This document shows, piece by piece, positions 1 through 10,310 of a stretch of DNA of 52,303 nucleotides (position 1 is its first letter; every line of letters starts with the position of its first letter). Below the pieces are notes generated by a model that had not been told where the DNA came from, did not search any database, and worked only from the letters and a program-made list of their open reading frames with translations. The translations under genes and the position numbers were made by a program. The DNA is from Catajapyx aquilonaris (lineage: Eukaryota): the NCBI GenBank assembly GCA_000934665.2, contig KZ538718.1, positions 1 through 52,303 on the forward strand, in the 5' to 3' direction.

Positions 1-79
1 TGATGTCCTCCAGGAATGCTAATAAAACCTGCTGTCAGAAATGAACAAAAATAATCAGAGTAAGCCACAGATGACTGAC

Positions 80-220
80 CTCAAAACGTCCGAACTTATT
101 TCTAAAGCCACTGTCACCATCTCCACCGTCTGCGGATGTGTCGAAATATCTCTTCATGCCGCCCCTGCCGCCCCGTCCTCCTCCTCTTCCTCTACCACCT
201 CTGGTCACACCGTTGGACAT
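80..220 (-). CDS. POF-like RGG-RRM-RRM-acidic protein, copy A (first coding exon only; gene runs off the left edge)
   Basis: ATG at 220, MSNGVTRGGRGRGGGRGGRGGMKRYFDTSADGGDGDSGFRNKFGRFE, then GAG|GTCAGT donor at 79. Nearly identical to 12523-12663 of copy C; the intron sequence at 1-79 matches 12444-12522. Confidence 0.8.
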
Positions 221-1793
221 ATCGCCCTGTTGAAGCAAAATAATTAAATAGCACCATCCAAAAACTTCGGTACATTTTGATAACAGAACCATGCCAGTTC
301 AATAGAGCCTTCCAAGAGACTTTAGTTCCAGTGGAAGTCAATACTTTGCCAATTTTGTACAGTTGAATCCGGATATAACAGACTTCAAGGGGCTGCAGAA
401 AACAGTCTGTTATAACCAAGGTTTGTTATAGCCAAATTACCAATTTTGCAACGATACACAAAGTTTTCTGCTTTTTACATGCTTATAATGCACACTAGCA
501 AACACTAGTCTATACTGATTATCGATTAATGAAACTATCCACAAAAATGCAAAATTAGTTCACCCACAACTTTGGCAGGACCAAAAATAATCCATCATTT
601 TCTTTTGCCGTATCCATCTTGCCAAACATACTAGAAAATGAATGATTTTGACCTTTTCGGTAAGTGTTAGATCAGTGACAGGTGGGAAAATCATCGCTGT
701 ACCAGTATGCAGTGCTTTCCTCGCGTGGGAAAGGAAGCTGATGTTGCATAGTTCCGTTGCATAGTGATTGTATATCAATAAACACGAACGGTTGTACTTT
801 TCTTTCGCTCTCCGATTCCCTGTCATCGCTGAGTGAATTGCTCATATGTAAACGCGGCCTTAACCCTCGATCATCTCATCAGACAACCTTTAATTAGCAC
901 TAACAACAGCAATACGTACAATAATTACGGGACTGTACTGTGAAGGTTAACGTACAGGCGTACCAGGCTTTTACTGACACATTTTTCTCCGCAATCTTTC
1001 AACAAACTGATCCAGAACATTGTTAAAATTTAAGCGCTTAGACATAACATTATCTCAAGGATTAAAATTTAAAAGGTTGAGAAGCCCTGTCAACACCCGG
1101 CAATGGGAAATGCTGAGCCTAGACGACCCACGTGGTCCGCCCCTCCATTCAAAAGAGGTCAAAGGGGCTTATCCGTCGGGTGATAGCGGCGATCTGTTGC
1201 AGCCTTTGTCCTGCCCTGATCACGATTAACTCCGGAGGCACCGGTGGTAGCAGAAGAAGGCAATGAAGTTGGAATGGTGCGGATACCCACCCGACTTGCT
1301 TCCTCCCTCGAGCAACGTGGGGGGAAAAAACGTGGGACCGATGGACGGAGGAACGGAACGGAGACGGTGGGACAGGAGGAACGGAGCGGGACTTGGGACC
1401 CGGTGCTGTGGATTCCGGAATCTCCCCCTTTCCAGACCTGAACACGTTTGATGTTGATCAATAACCTACCATTAAATGTTTTCAAATAGTCAGCATTAAC
1501 CTGTACCTAGCATACTTCACCACCAAATGTTATTTTAATTCACCTGAAACAGAGAATGAAAAGAAACGCTCCCGTAGAAGCATGGTTTTTAATCGTCAAA
1601 ACCACTATTGAGACAAAAGTAATGGACCCATACATATTTTTATATTTTTCGTGAAAATAATAAAGGGAATCCTAAGAGTCAACAGCGTGTGCCATTCATA
1701 ATAACCTTGGCACCCATGATTAAAAGTATCTTCCAAGATGAATGTGATTAATTTAATGATGGGGGTGGGGCAGATGTGAGCAGAGGAGATGAA

Positions 1794-4700
1794 TCATTCA
1801 TCACCGTCCTCGTCCTCGTCATCCTCCTCTTCATCGTCGTCGTCGTCGTCTTCATCGTCCTCCTCCTCCTCCCCCTGCACATCGTCGTCCTCGTCGTCCT
1901 CATCTTCATCCTCCTTAATAGCAACCTGCAATACCAGTTTCATTAATTTCATTTTTTAACAAATTGAGGGCAGAAAAATAGCACATCTTGTAACCGTAAT
2001 AACCAATTTAAATAAACCCTTAATGATGAGAGAACATGTGCCAACTGATCAGTTTCCAAAAATCTCACGAAAATATGTGCAGAAGCATGAAAAGTTTGAC
2101 AATCATTACATGCTTCTCTACATTTCTCGCAATGTAATATATTTCTATCATTATAACTTGCATCATCTTTATCTATATTTTAGTTTGTTTGTGAGTTTGT
2201 TTGTGAGTTTGTTTGTCCCTTATAGAAATCCCAGGGAAGGCCCCTACACCGCCTTAAATTAGCATATCAGGGGTTACTTTTTCCAAGGAATACATAAGCA
2301 ATGAGCAATGTGCAGTAATTCTAGAAAACAAGATATTTGTTACAAGAAAATGGATGCCGATATTAAAATTCTGACTTCATATTCACAATCAGCGCCTCCT
2401 AATACATGAGAAACACCAAAAATGGTGCCTTAAACAAAACCTAATGTTGCCCAATAAATTAATGATATTGAGAGCTATGCAAAGTAGGCCTAATCTCGGG
2501 AGAGTAAGGCATGTTAAAAGAAAATGGATACCGACAGAAATATTTTGACTTCAGAATCAAACTCAGCAAATACTAATACATTGTAAAAAGTGAAAATTGC
2601 TTATTTAACCAAACCATTGTAGACCATGTATTAGTCACATTGAGCAATGTGCAGTGTACTTTCCCCAAAATAAGGTATGGCTGTTTCAAAAAAAATGGGA
2701 GGGTGATGGACACTTTCTGACTTCATATTCGGAATCAACGCATATGAATGCATTAGAAACAGCTAAAAATTTTCTTGTGCCAAAAACCTTGTGGACTAGC
2801 GTAATTGGTATGATATGCTGCATGAATTTCGTTTTTATTGTTGCCTTCCATGTTTTTCGCTGATAAAAAAATGGTCAACAGTGCACTTGGTGATAAAACC
2901 ATGAAATGTTGTAGGAATGTCTTGAGACCGCACTCTTCTAATTCAGATATGGCACCACACCCGTTTTCGCCCTGGACACCCGTAATTGCTGATTGGCTAC
3001 CCTTAAGTGAATGAAAAGTCTTTTTCAAGTCGCTGTAGCTCCAAAAATACCAAGGAAAATACGAACTGTATGTGGAAAAGGTACGCTATGCTTTTTTTAA
3101 AGCATACATTCTCCTCTACAACCTTTGTTTGGCACATACCCGCATGAGAAGCACAGTTCGCTCAGAAAAAGACTTTTCACTCTTCCAAGAACTTTCAGTG
3201 CTGACCCGGCCATGGATGGCCCTACAGTCCAAAAGCTATGGAACACATTAAATTATATATAAAACTATAAAACATTGTGAAACCCTCCCCATTATTGTAT
3301 GAGACAGATAAATGTCTTTAAACGGGACAGTGTGTGTTGTTTACACCATCAGTAAATACGTAGCCTGTAGGCCATGCTGTAGGCGAGACACCTGGAAGGT
3401 ATTTTTATGGTGGGGTAGAGTTTCAACCCACAGACTGCAACATTTCCTTAGCTAGGGGCTAGTTCAGCCGCATCGGGCCCCCCTGGAAAGTAATTTCAGA
3501 GATCTTAAAAGAAATTTTAATAGCTCGATAGCTCAATTTAATCTCGTAAAACCGATAGCTCCATAAAAGTTCAATTGGATGTGGGTTTCACATATATATT
3601 TCTTGGAACAAAATCAAAGACCATTGCTGGTCACCCTCTGTCTGAATTGAAATGGAACCAGCCTATTGTTGTTACCTAGAATAACAATAAAATATCAACC
3701 ATCATTTCTCTCACCTTATTTCCCCCCTTCTTCTTAGGAGCCCCAGGACTCTGGGATATTGAGTTGTCTCCATCTCGGTCACCTCTTCTCTTTCGGCAAA
3801 ACCTTACAGACACAGCTTTCCCATCTAGATGTAAGTTCTTATGCGCATGGAAAGCCAGCAATGCAGCTTCACTAGTTTTGAAATTGATAATTGCAGACTT
3901 GAAAATGGTGAGCTTCCGAGTGGGAATTGTGATGGCACTGGCCTCAGTGAAGATGCCCTCAAGCTTTGATTTCTGAATGTTCCCAGGGAGGCCACTCACG
4001 TAGAGCAGGTAGGGGTCCACCTTCTCTGGGAAGACCTCCACCTTAGAATTCTCTCCCTTCTCTACACGCAGCTTGCGACCGCCAAATTCCTTATCATTCA
4101 GTTTCTCTATCACTTTTTCTGCATCTTCACCTGGCTTCATCCTCGCAAAGCAGTACCTGCACATCAAACGGGAGAGAAAGATTAAAGAGGGAAGATCAAT
4201 ATCTTATGTAAATCTGAACTTCGTAGTAATCGTAACTTGCATTTTTTTGTAATAGAAAAAGCATTAATTCAAGGAAATGATAAAAATTTCACACAAAGTT
4301 CTAGTTAGGGTGGTTGTACCAGTTGCCGCCAATGCTCCATATGTGGCCACCTCTGGTGGTCAGAACTAAAGCACCCTATGCACCACTTGTGGCCACAAAT
4401 GATAAAAGTTACAATTTGACGAAAAATACAACAAACCTAGCTAGCCATGATAAATTATTCGAATACTGATTACAATCAATAGTAATCTGATGTTATTTTA
4501 ACCATGAATTGGAAGTGTTATGGTGAAATACTACATTGCAGGTTGGGTGGAATTAGGATTTCCATTGGGAATTACAATTTATCTCGTCTGATATTCCGAC
4601 AGTAATATTAATGATCAATTGATTGGGCACCACTTCCACACTTACTTCCTGCTAGGAAGTGACATTTCCGTCTTGGAGAATCCAGAGTGTGTGTATGAGG

Positions 4701-7621
4701 GTAATTCAAATGTACGAGCCAAGGTCATAGCTGTTGCCAAATGGGTTTCTCATGGCATCTTCTACACAAAATGAAGGTGGTGTTGTAGTTGCAGTGTCGT
4801 AGTGTTATGACACACCGAGTGGTCAGGACAACACCCCCACCCCACCCCCCACCATTGAAAACACTCTCCAATCAGACATAGAAGCAACTTTGAGCAGCAA
4901 GCAGTAATTAGTTTTTGAACTGCAGAAGGTGTCTGGTGTGCCGAAATTAATTGGAATTTTGTCACATGTTAGAGCCTAGAGTAAGCGGTTTGCCTGGCCA
5001 AACCTGGAATCACCAGTCACTGACGGCCGTCCCTCTTGGAACTCTTGGAACCCCTTACTCCAGGCTGTAACATGTGACAAAGATATCCAGATTTTGTACA
5101 CAGCATACTAATACGACAATACAGACACTCTCCATGGTTCAAAAAGAGATTACCTCAAGTGGGTCAATATTATTTTGTTGCTTCCATGTACGACTGGACA
5201 TTCTTTATGACCCAGGGGGGTTCTGAAAAAGTCACATTGCCATAGGGGCATGTGGTCAAATCAAAATCTGCCAGAGTGTCATAACACACCACAGCAGTAC
5301 CGCCTTCATCTTGTGTGTAAGATGCCATGAGAAACCGATTCTCAAGTTTGGGTGACCTTGGCTCATTTTCATTTGAATGACCCTGAAACGATACCAACGA
5401 AAATTCATTTGCACTACATCCAAAGTCACAAATTAGTGCCTGAAAGCAGTGGCAGTAGCAACATTGTCGATAAAACTCATGGGACAAATGTCACAACAGG
5501 TGACAATGGCATTAATTTGTCCGTTTGAGAATCAACGAACAGGTTTTTGGAAAAAATATGCAGGTCGCCAGAACTGGAGCAGGGGTGGCCAGAACTGGTA
5601 CACCTTGCCCTTTTTTATATGGAAGGCTTTTTTTCAAACTTAAATTTTCTCATATTTTCGTAACAAATTACCAGTTAAATGGCCTACACCATCAATGCAT
5701 TCATTTACTTGCATGAACTCTTGCAGAAACTTTCAATTCAAAGTTATGAATTTCCAAAGTCACAATTTCTCTAAAAGTGGCCACAACCGGTACAAACACC
5801 TTACGGTAAATTTTTAAAATCACCAATGATAACGTGTATTTTAGCTACAACTTCTCTTGTGAAAGTAAGAGTTTTAATCAATTTTAGGCCACAGAACTTC
5901 CAGGGGATGAATTGTAATCTGCAGACTCACCGTGGAGCATGAGAGACAGGAAAGAAGAGAGATTCAAGTAAATAGCTGAACCCCAGGACAACACCATCAT
6001 CTGGATCTGGATCTGGAAACTTAATGAACAGGTTATCTGACATGAAGCTCTTGGTGTGTTCCAGTTCTGCATTGGCTGCCTTGGTTGCAGAGTCAATGTC
6101 CCTCTTGTTCCTAAACCCATCCTGGAAACCTCCTCCTCTGCGGCCACCCCTGCCACCACGGAATCCTCCACCGCCCTGGCCACCCTGGATGTCGCCTCCT
6201 CGGCCACCCCTGAGTAAGTCTCCACCGCCACGACCTCGCCCTCCACGACCACGGAACCCACCTCTGGAGCCGCCATCATCACCATCCTGCAATTTTAAAA
6301 ATGCACATTACTTCATGTCCTCCAGGAATGCTAATAAAATCTGCTGTCAGAAATGAACAAAAATAATCAGAGTACGCCACAGTTGACTAACCTCAAAACG
6401 TCCGAACTTCTTTCTAAAGCTGCCACCATCTTCCCCATCTGGGGATGTGTCGAAGCTCCTCTTTATGCCGCCCCTTCCACCCCGTCCTCCTCCTCTTCCT
6501 CTACCACCTCTGGTCATACTGTCTGGGGATGTGTCGAAGCTCCTGTTCATGCCATCCCTTCCACCCCGTCCTCTTCCTCTTCCTCTACCACCTCTGGTCA
6601 TACTGTCTGCAGATGTGTTGAAGCTCCTCTCCATGCCATCCCTTCCACCCCGTCCTCTTCCTCTTCCTCTACCACCTCTGGTCATACTGTCTGCAGATGT
6701 GTCGAAGCTCCTCTTCATGCCATCCCTTCCACCCCGTCCTCTTCCTCTTCCTCTACCACCTCTGGTCATACTGTCTGCAGATGTGTCGAAGCTCCTCTTC
6801 ATGCCATCCCTTCCACCCCGTCCTCTTCCTCTTCCTCTACCACCTCTGGTCATACTGTCTGCAGATGTGTCGAAGCTCCTCTTCATGCCATCCCTTCCAC
6901 CCCGTCCTCTTCCTCTTCCTCTACCACCTCTGGTCATACTGTCTGCAGATGTGTCGAAGCTCCTCTTCATGCCATCCCTTCCACCCCGTCCTCTTCCTCT
7001 TCCTCTACCACCTCTGGTCATACTGTCTGCAGATGTGTCGAAGCTCCTCTTCATGCCATCCCTTCCACCCCGTCCTCTTCCTCTTCCTCTACCACCTCTG
7101 GTCATACTGTCTGCAGATGTGTCGAAGCTCCTCTTCATGCCATCCCTTCCACCCCGTCCTCTTCCTCTTCCTCTACCACCTCTGGTCATACTGTCTGCAG
7201 ATGTGTCGAAGCTCCTCTTCATGCCATCCCTTCCACCCCGTCCTCTTCCTCTTCCTCTACCACCTCTGGTCATACTGTCTGCAGATGTGTCGAAGCTCCT
7301 CTTCATGCCATCCCTTCCACCCCGTCCTCTTCCTCTTCCTCTACCACCTCTGGTCATACTGTCTGCGGATGTGTCGAAGCTCCTCTTCATGCCATCCCTT
7401 CCACCCCGTCCTCTTCCTCTTCCTCTACCACCTCTGGTCATACTGTCTGGGGATGTGTCGAAGCTCCTCTTCATGCCACCCCTTCCACCCCGTCCTCTTC
7501 CTCTTCCTCTACCACCTCTGGTCATACCATCTGGGGATGTGTTGAAGCTCCTCTTCATGCCGCCCCGTCCACCCCGTCCTCCTCCTCTTCCTCTACCACC
7601 TCTGGTCATACCGTTGGACAT
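1794..7621 (-). CDS. POF-like RGG-RRM-RRM-acidic protein, copy B (~719 aa, expanded RGG repeat)
   Basis: Exons 7621-6392, 6286-5931, 4156-3715, 1925-1794; all GT-AG with consistent phases (0,2,0), 2160 nt total. RRM1 LFIKFPDP...APRYCFARM...KEFGGRKLRVEK; RRM2 VDPYLLYVSGLP...VSVRFCRKR; poly-D/E tail ending at TGA. Confidence 0.85.
2164..3600. mobile_element. Insertion in a copy B intron, possibly a non-autonomous Helitron-like element
   Basis: This intron is 1789 bp versus 464 bp in copy C. Homology to C stops at ~2164, where a (GTTT/GTGA)n tract begins. The right boundary is approximate and the class is tentative. Confidence 0.45.
4308..5801. mobile_element. ~1.5-kb TIR DNA transposon (TA-flanked, Tc1/mariner-pogo superfamily) in a copy B intron
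   Basis: Imperfect TIRs GGGTGGTTGTACCAGTTG / CAACCGGTACAAACACCT with TA on both sides. Flanks are contiguous in copy C (~11765-11795); the intron length difference is 1502 bp. Confidence 0.75.
4690..4965 (+). mobile_element. Degenerate mariner 5' fragment nested in the above element
   Basis: 4889-4954 translates FEQQAVISF*TAEGVWCAEINW, resembling the mariner N-terminal HTH start (EQRAVIRFLxAEG..AEIH); TATGAGGG TIR-like start near 4694. Confidence 0.55.
6437..7612 (-). repeat. Coding minisatellite, ~14 x 84 bp, unit MTRGGRGRGRGRGGRDGMKRSFDTSADS
   Basis: 84-nt periodicity is directly visible. The exon encodes 410 aa versus 47 aa for the same segment in copies A and C. Central units are identical, edge units diverged. 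Confidence 0.95.
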
Positions 7622-7680
7622 ATCGCCTGACTCGCTAACACTGGTTGAAGAAAAATAATTAAATAGCACCATGCAACAAT

Positions 7681-7915
7681 GGATACCCCGCGATAGGCCT
7701 CTTTGGGCCTTTTAGGGGATCTGCTTTTCATTCACCGTCTTTAATCATTGCCTGAGCTGTGATGGGTTTTGAATGTGGGAGGAAACGGGAGAACCCTGAG
7801 AAAACCCACGCGAACACGGAGAGAACTGATCGAAACTCTATCCACATAAGCATCCTATGTACGATTCGGGGATCAAACTCAGGACCTTAGAGATGGAAGG
7901 CTGTGGTGCCACCAT

Positions 7916-7921
<6 letters not shown>
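7681..7921 (-). mobile_element. tRNA-derived SINE with V-domain-like core
   Basis: Reverse complement has a tRNA-like head (B box GAGTTTGATCC), a core GTTCTCTCCGTGTTCGCGTGGGTTTTCTC...TTTCCTCCCACA, and a hairpin tail shared with other SINEs here. Adjacent (CT)n at 7921-7950. Confidence 0.65.
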
Positions 7922-7950
<29 letters not shown>

Positions 7951-8172
7951 NCCCCCCCTGCCATCCTGCCTGAATGTGTCCTGCCATCAAAATGCAATCA
8001 TCCCTCAGGAAACTCCTATACCTGCCCATAGTGAATGGGGTCCGTTTGTTTGAGTCTTTTGGCCTGGTACTGGAGCAGAAATTGCTGTTTTTTTTTGTTT
8101 TTTTAGGAGTGACCAAGGACCGGCCCTTCCCTCACCAGGAGCCAAAAGTTAATTAGGAAGTTAATTTGTTAA

Positions 8173-8454
8173 CCCTGGAACCGTGCCGTGGGGTCTTTTT
8201 GGACCCCAAGGCATTAAAATGCATTAAAATGATAACTACAATGAACTTTTGCCAAGTTTTTACAGTATATAACAGGAAGTGCATGTTTATTTTGAATTAG
8301 CGATCATTTTAGGCATTGTTCAAAGAATGATTGTATATAGTCAATACATTGAAAAGTATTATATAAACATTAATAAAAATTAAAATATGGATGGGGTCCG
8401 ACAAGACCACACGTCACGGTTGCCGTAACTTTCAGGCACAGCATGGTTCCTGGG
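8173..8454. mobile_element. piggyBac-type MITE
   Basis: TTAA|CCCTGGAACCGTGCCGTG ... CACAGCATGGTTCCTGGG|TTAA. Confidence 0.75.
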
Positions 8455-10310
8455 TTAATAAAATTCACATTTCATATACACTCGATAATCGATATGCCTT
8501 AAAACTGACCATTGTGTAGTGTGGGCTAATTGAAAACAATAAGCCAAAGTTTGTCATACTTGTAAAGGGCAGAAAGGTGTAACCCTACACTGGGCGATGA
8601 TTCCCGTTCTTGTACCAAACGATCCGGCAATTTTTTATCAATATACTCTAGCCATTAAATGAACGCCGATAAAAAATTGACTTACCCCCTTCTTGCACCA
8701 TACCCTTCAATTAATATTACAGCGGCTTCGGTGCAGTTTAGCGCCACAAAAATCTTGCAGGTTTCTGTATATTTCCTGGATCTACGTGATGAGATGAGTG
8801 GAATGACACTATTCCAAGAGTACAGACATGCTTGGTTCAAGAGTAATTGAATTTTGAAATTGCAAGTAATAACAAGGAATTACATGAAAGTAAACAAGTG
8901 TTCCTTTGATCGGTTCACTTCCATTGTTACGGGAGGTGATTCTCCGTGGAAACGTGAGAGTTGCCATTACAAGGTGCTGTGAGGGGTGCTGAATGATATA
9001 AATAAACGGTTATTTTTGGTTCGTTGGACATAGAACAAGAGTGTAGGAGTTTAATTAATTTAAAATCATTCAGGAGCATTCATGGCCGAGGATGTCGGTG
9101 CGTATCTGGAATTGGGCAAGCCAGGAGTTATAACCACTCGACTGTCAAGTGTACACTGGAGTGCCAAATTTAAGGAGTACCAAGGAATATCTGTGAGTAC
9201 CACTGCAGGTGTACACCGGAGTACCGAAGTGGTTAACCCCTTGGGGAAAGCTTTCCTAGAAGTAAGGAGGGAGGATGGTGTCTCCAGCTGGGCTACTGAT
9301 GCTCGAGCCCTCTTGCGCGCCAACAAGTGTTGCCATAAATGCATCCTAAGCTTTTTTTATTACTCAAGGCATGCCCCACGCTGATTGTGTTGGTGTTATC
9401 TGTGAGGCGTTGCAGTGACCGCACCAGTACTGTCCGTCTTGTGGCCCTGCCAGGCACGGTATGTCGCCCGTGCGTGATAATTTTAGTTAATGCGGAGCGC
9501 ACACTAGGAATACCACCACGCCTAAAACCACGTGGCCAACAACGCCACCATAAAACCCTTAAAAATTCACATTGTGAAGGGCGGATCAGCCCCTGTGCAG
9601 ATCAGACACCGGGAGAATGACCAGCCTAGACCCACGTGGTCCCCACCATCAGCACACGGCCGCCCTATCCGTCGGGTGGTGGCGGCGGCCTGCGTAGCTT
9701 TTGTCCTACCTTTACCATGATTAAGCACCGGTCGTGGAAGAAGAAGGTACGATACCCACCGGAGTGATTGCTTCCTCTCTGGGGCAGCGTGGGAGGCATC
9801 CAGAAGCAGCTGAAGCAACGAGCCGATGTCTTTTCCGACTTCCGATGGACGGAGGAACGGAACGGGACGGTGGGACAGTGAGGAACGGAGCGGGACTTGG
9901 GACCCGGTGCTGTGGATTCCGGAATCTCCCCCTTTCCAGACCTGAACACGTTTGATGTTGATCAATAACCTACCATTAAATCAATGTTTTCAAATAGTCA
10001 GCATTAAAACTGGACCTAGCATACTTCACCACCAAATGTTTTTTTAAAATTCACCTGAAACAGAGAATGAAAAGAAACGCTCAAGTGTTCGTAGAAGCAT
10101 GGTTTTTAATCGTCAAAACCACTATTGAGACAAAAGTAATGGACCCATACATATTTTTATATTTTTCGTGAAAATAATAAAGGGAATCCTAAGAGTCAAC
10201 AGCATGTGCCATTCATAATAACCTTGGCACCCATGATTAAAAGTATCTTCCAAGATGAATATGATTAATTTAATGATGGGGGTGGGGCAGATGTGAGCAG
10301 AGGAGATGAA

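Noticed and set aside
6437..7612. CRISPR-like periodicity
   Set aside because: Units are contiguous without unique spacers, no cas genes are present, and the context is a eukaryotic coding exon.
6353..7658. Long + strand ORFs (425, 403, 282 aa) over the 84-bp repeat
   Set aside because: Shadow frames of a stop-free repeat; only the - strand RGG frame has splice sites and paralog support.
9525..9965. Thrice-repeated GC-rich segment as a retroelement, ribozyme or small-protein gene
   Set aside because: It sits at the same upstream position for each paralog and carries the ATG|GT donor. Its ORFs are not frame-conserved between copies, and I could not build an HDV or hammerhead core.
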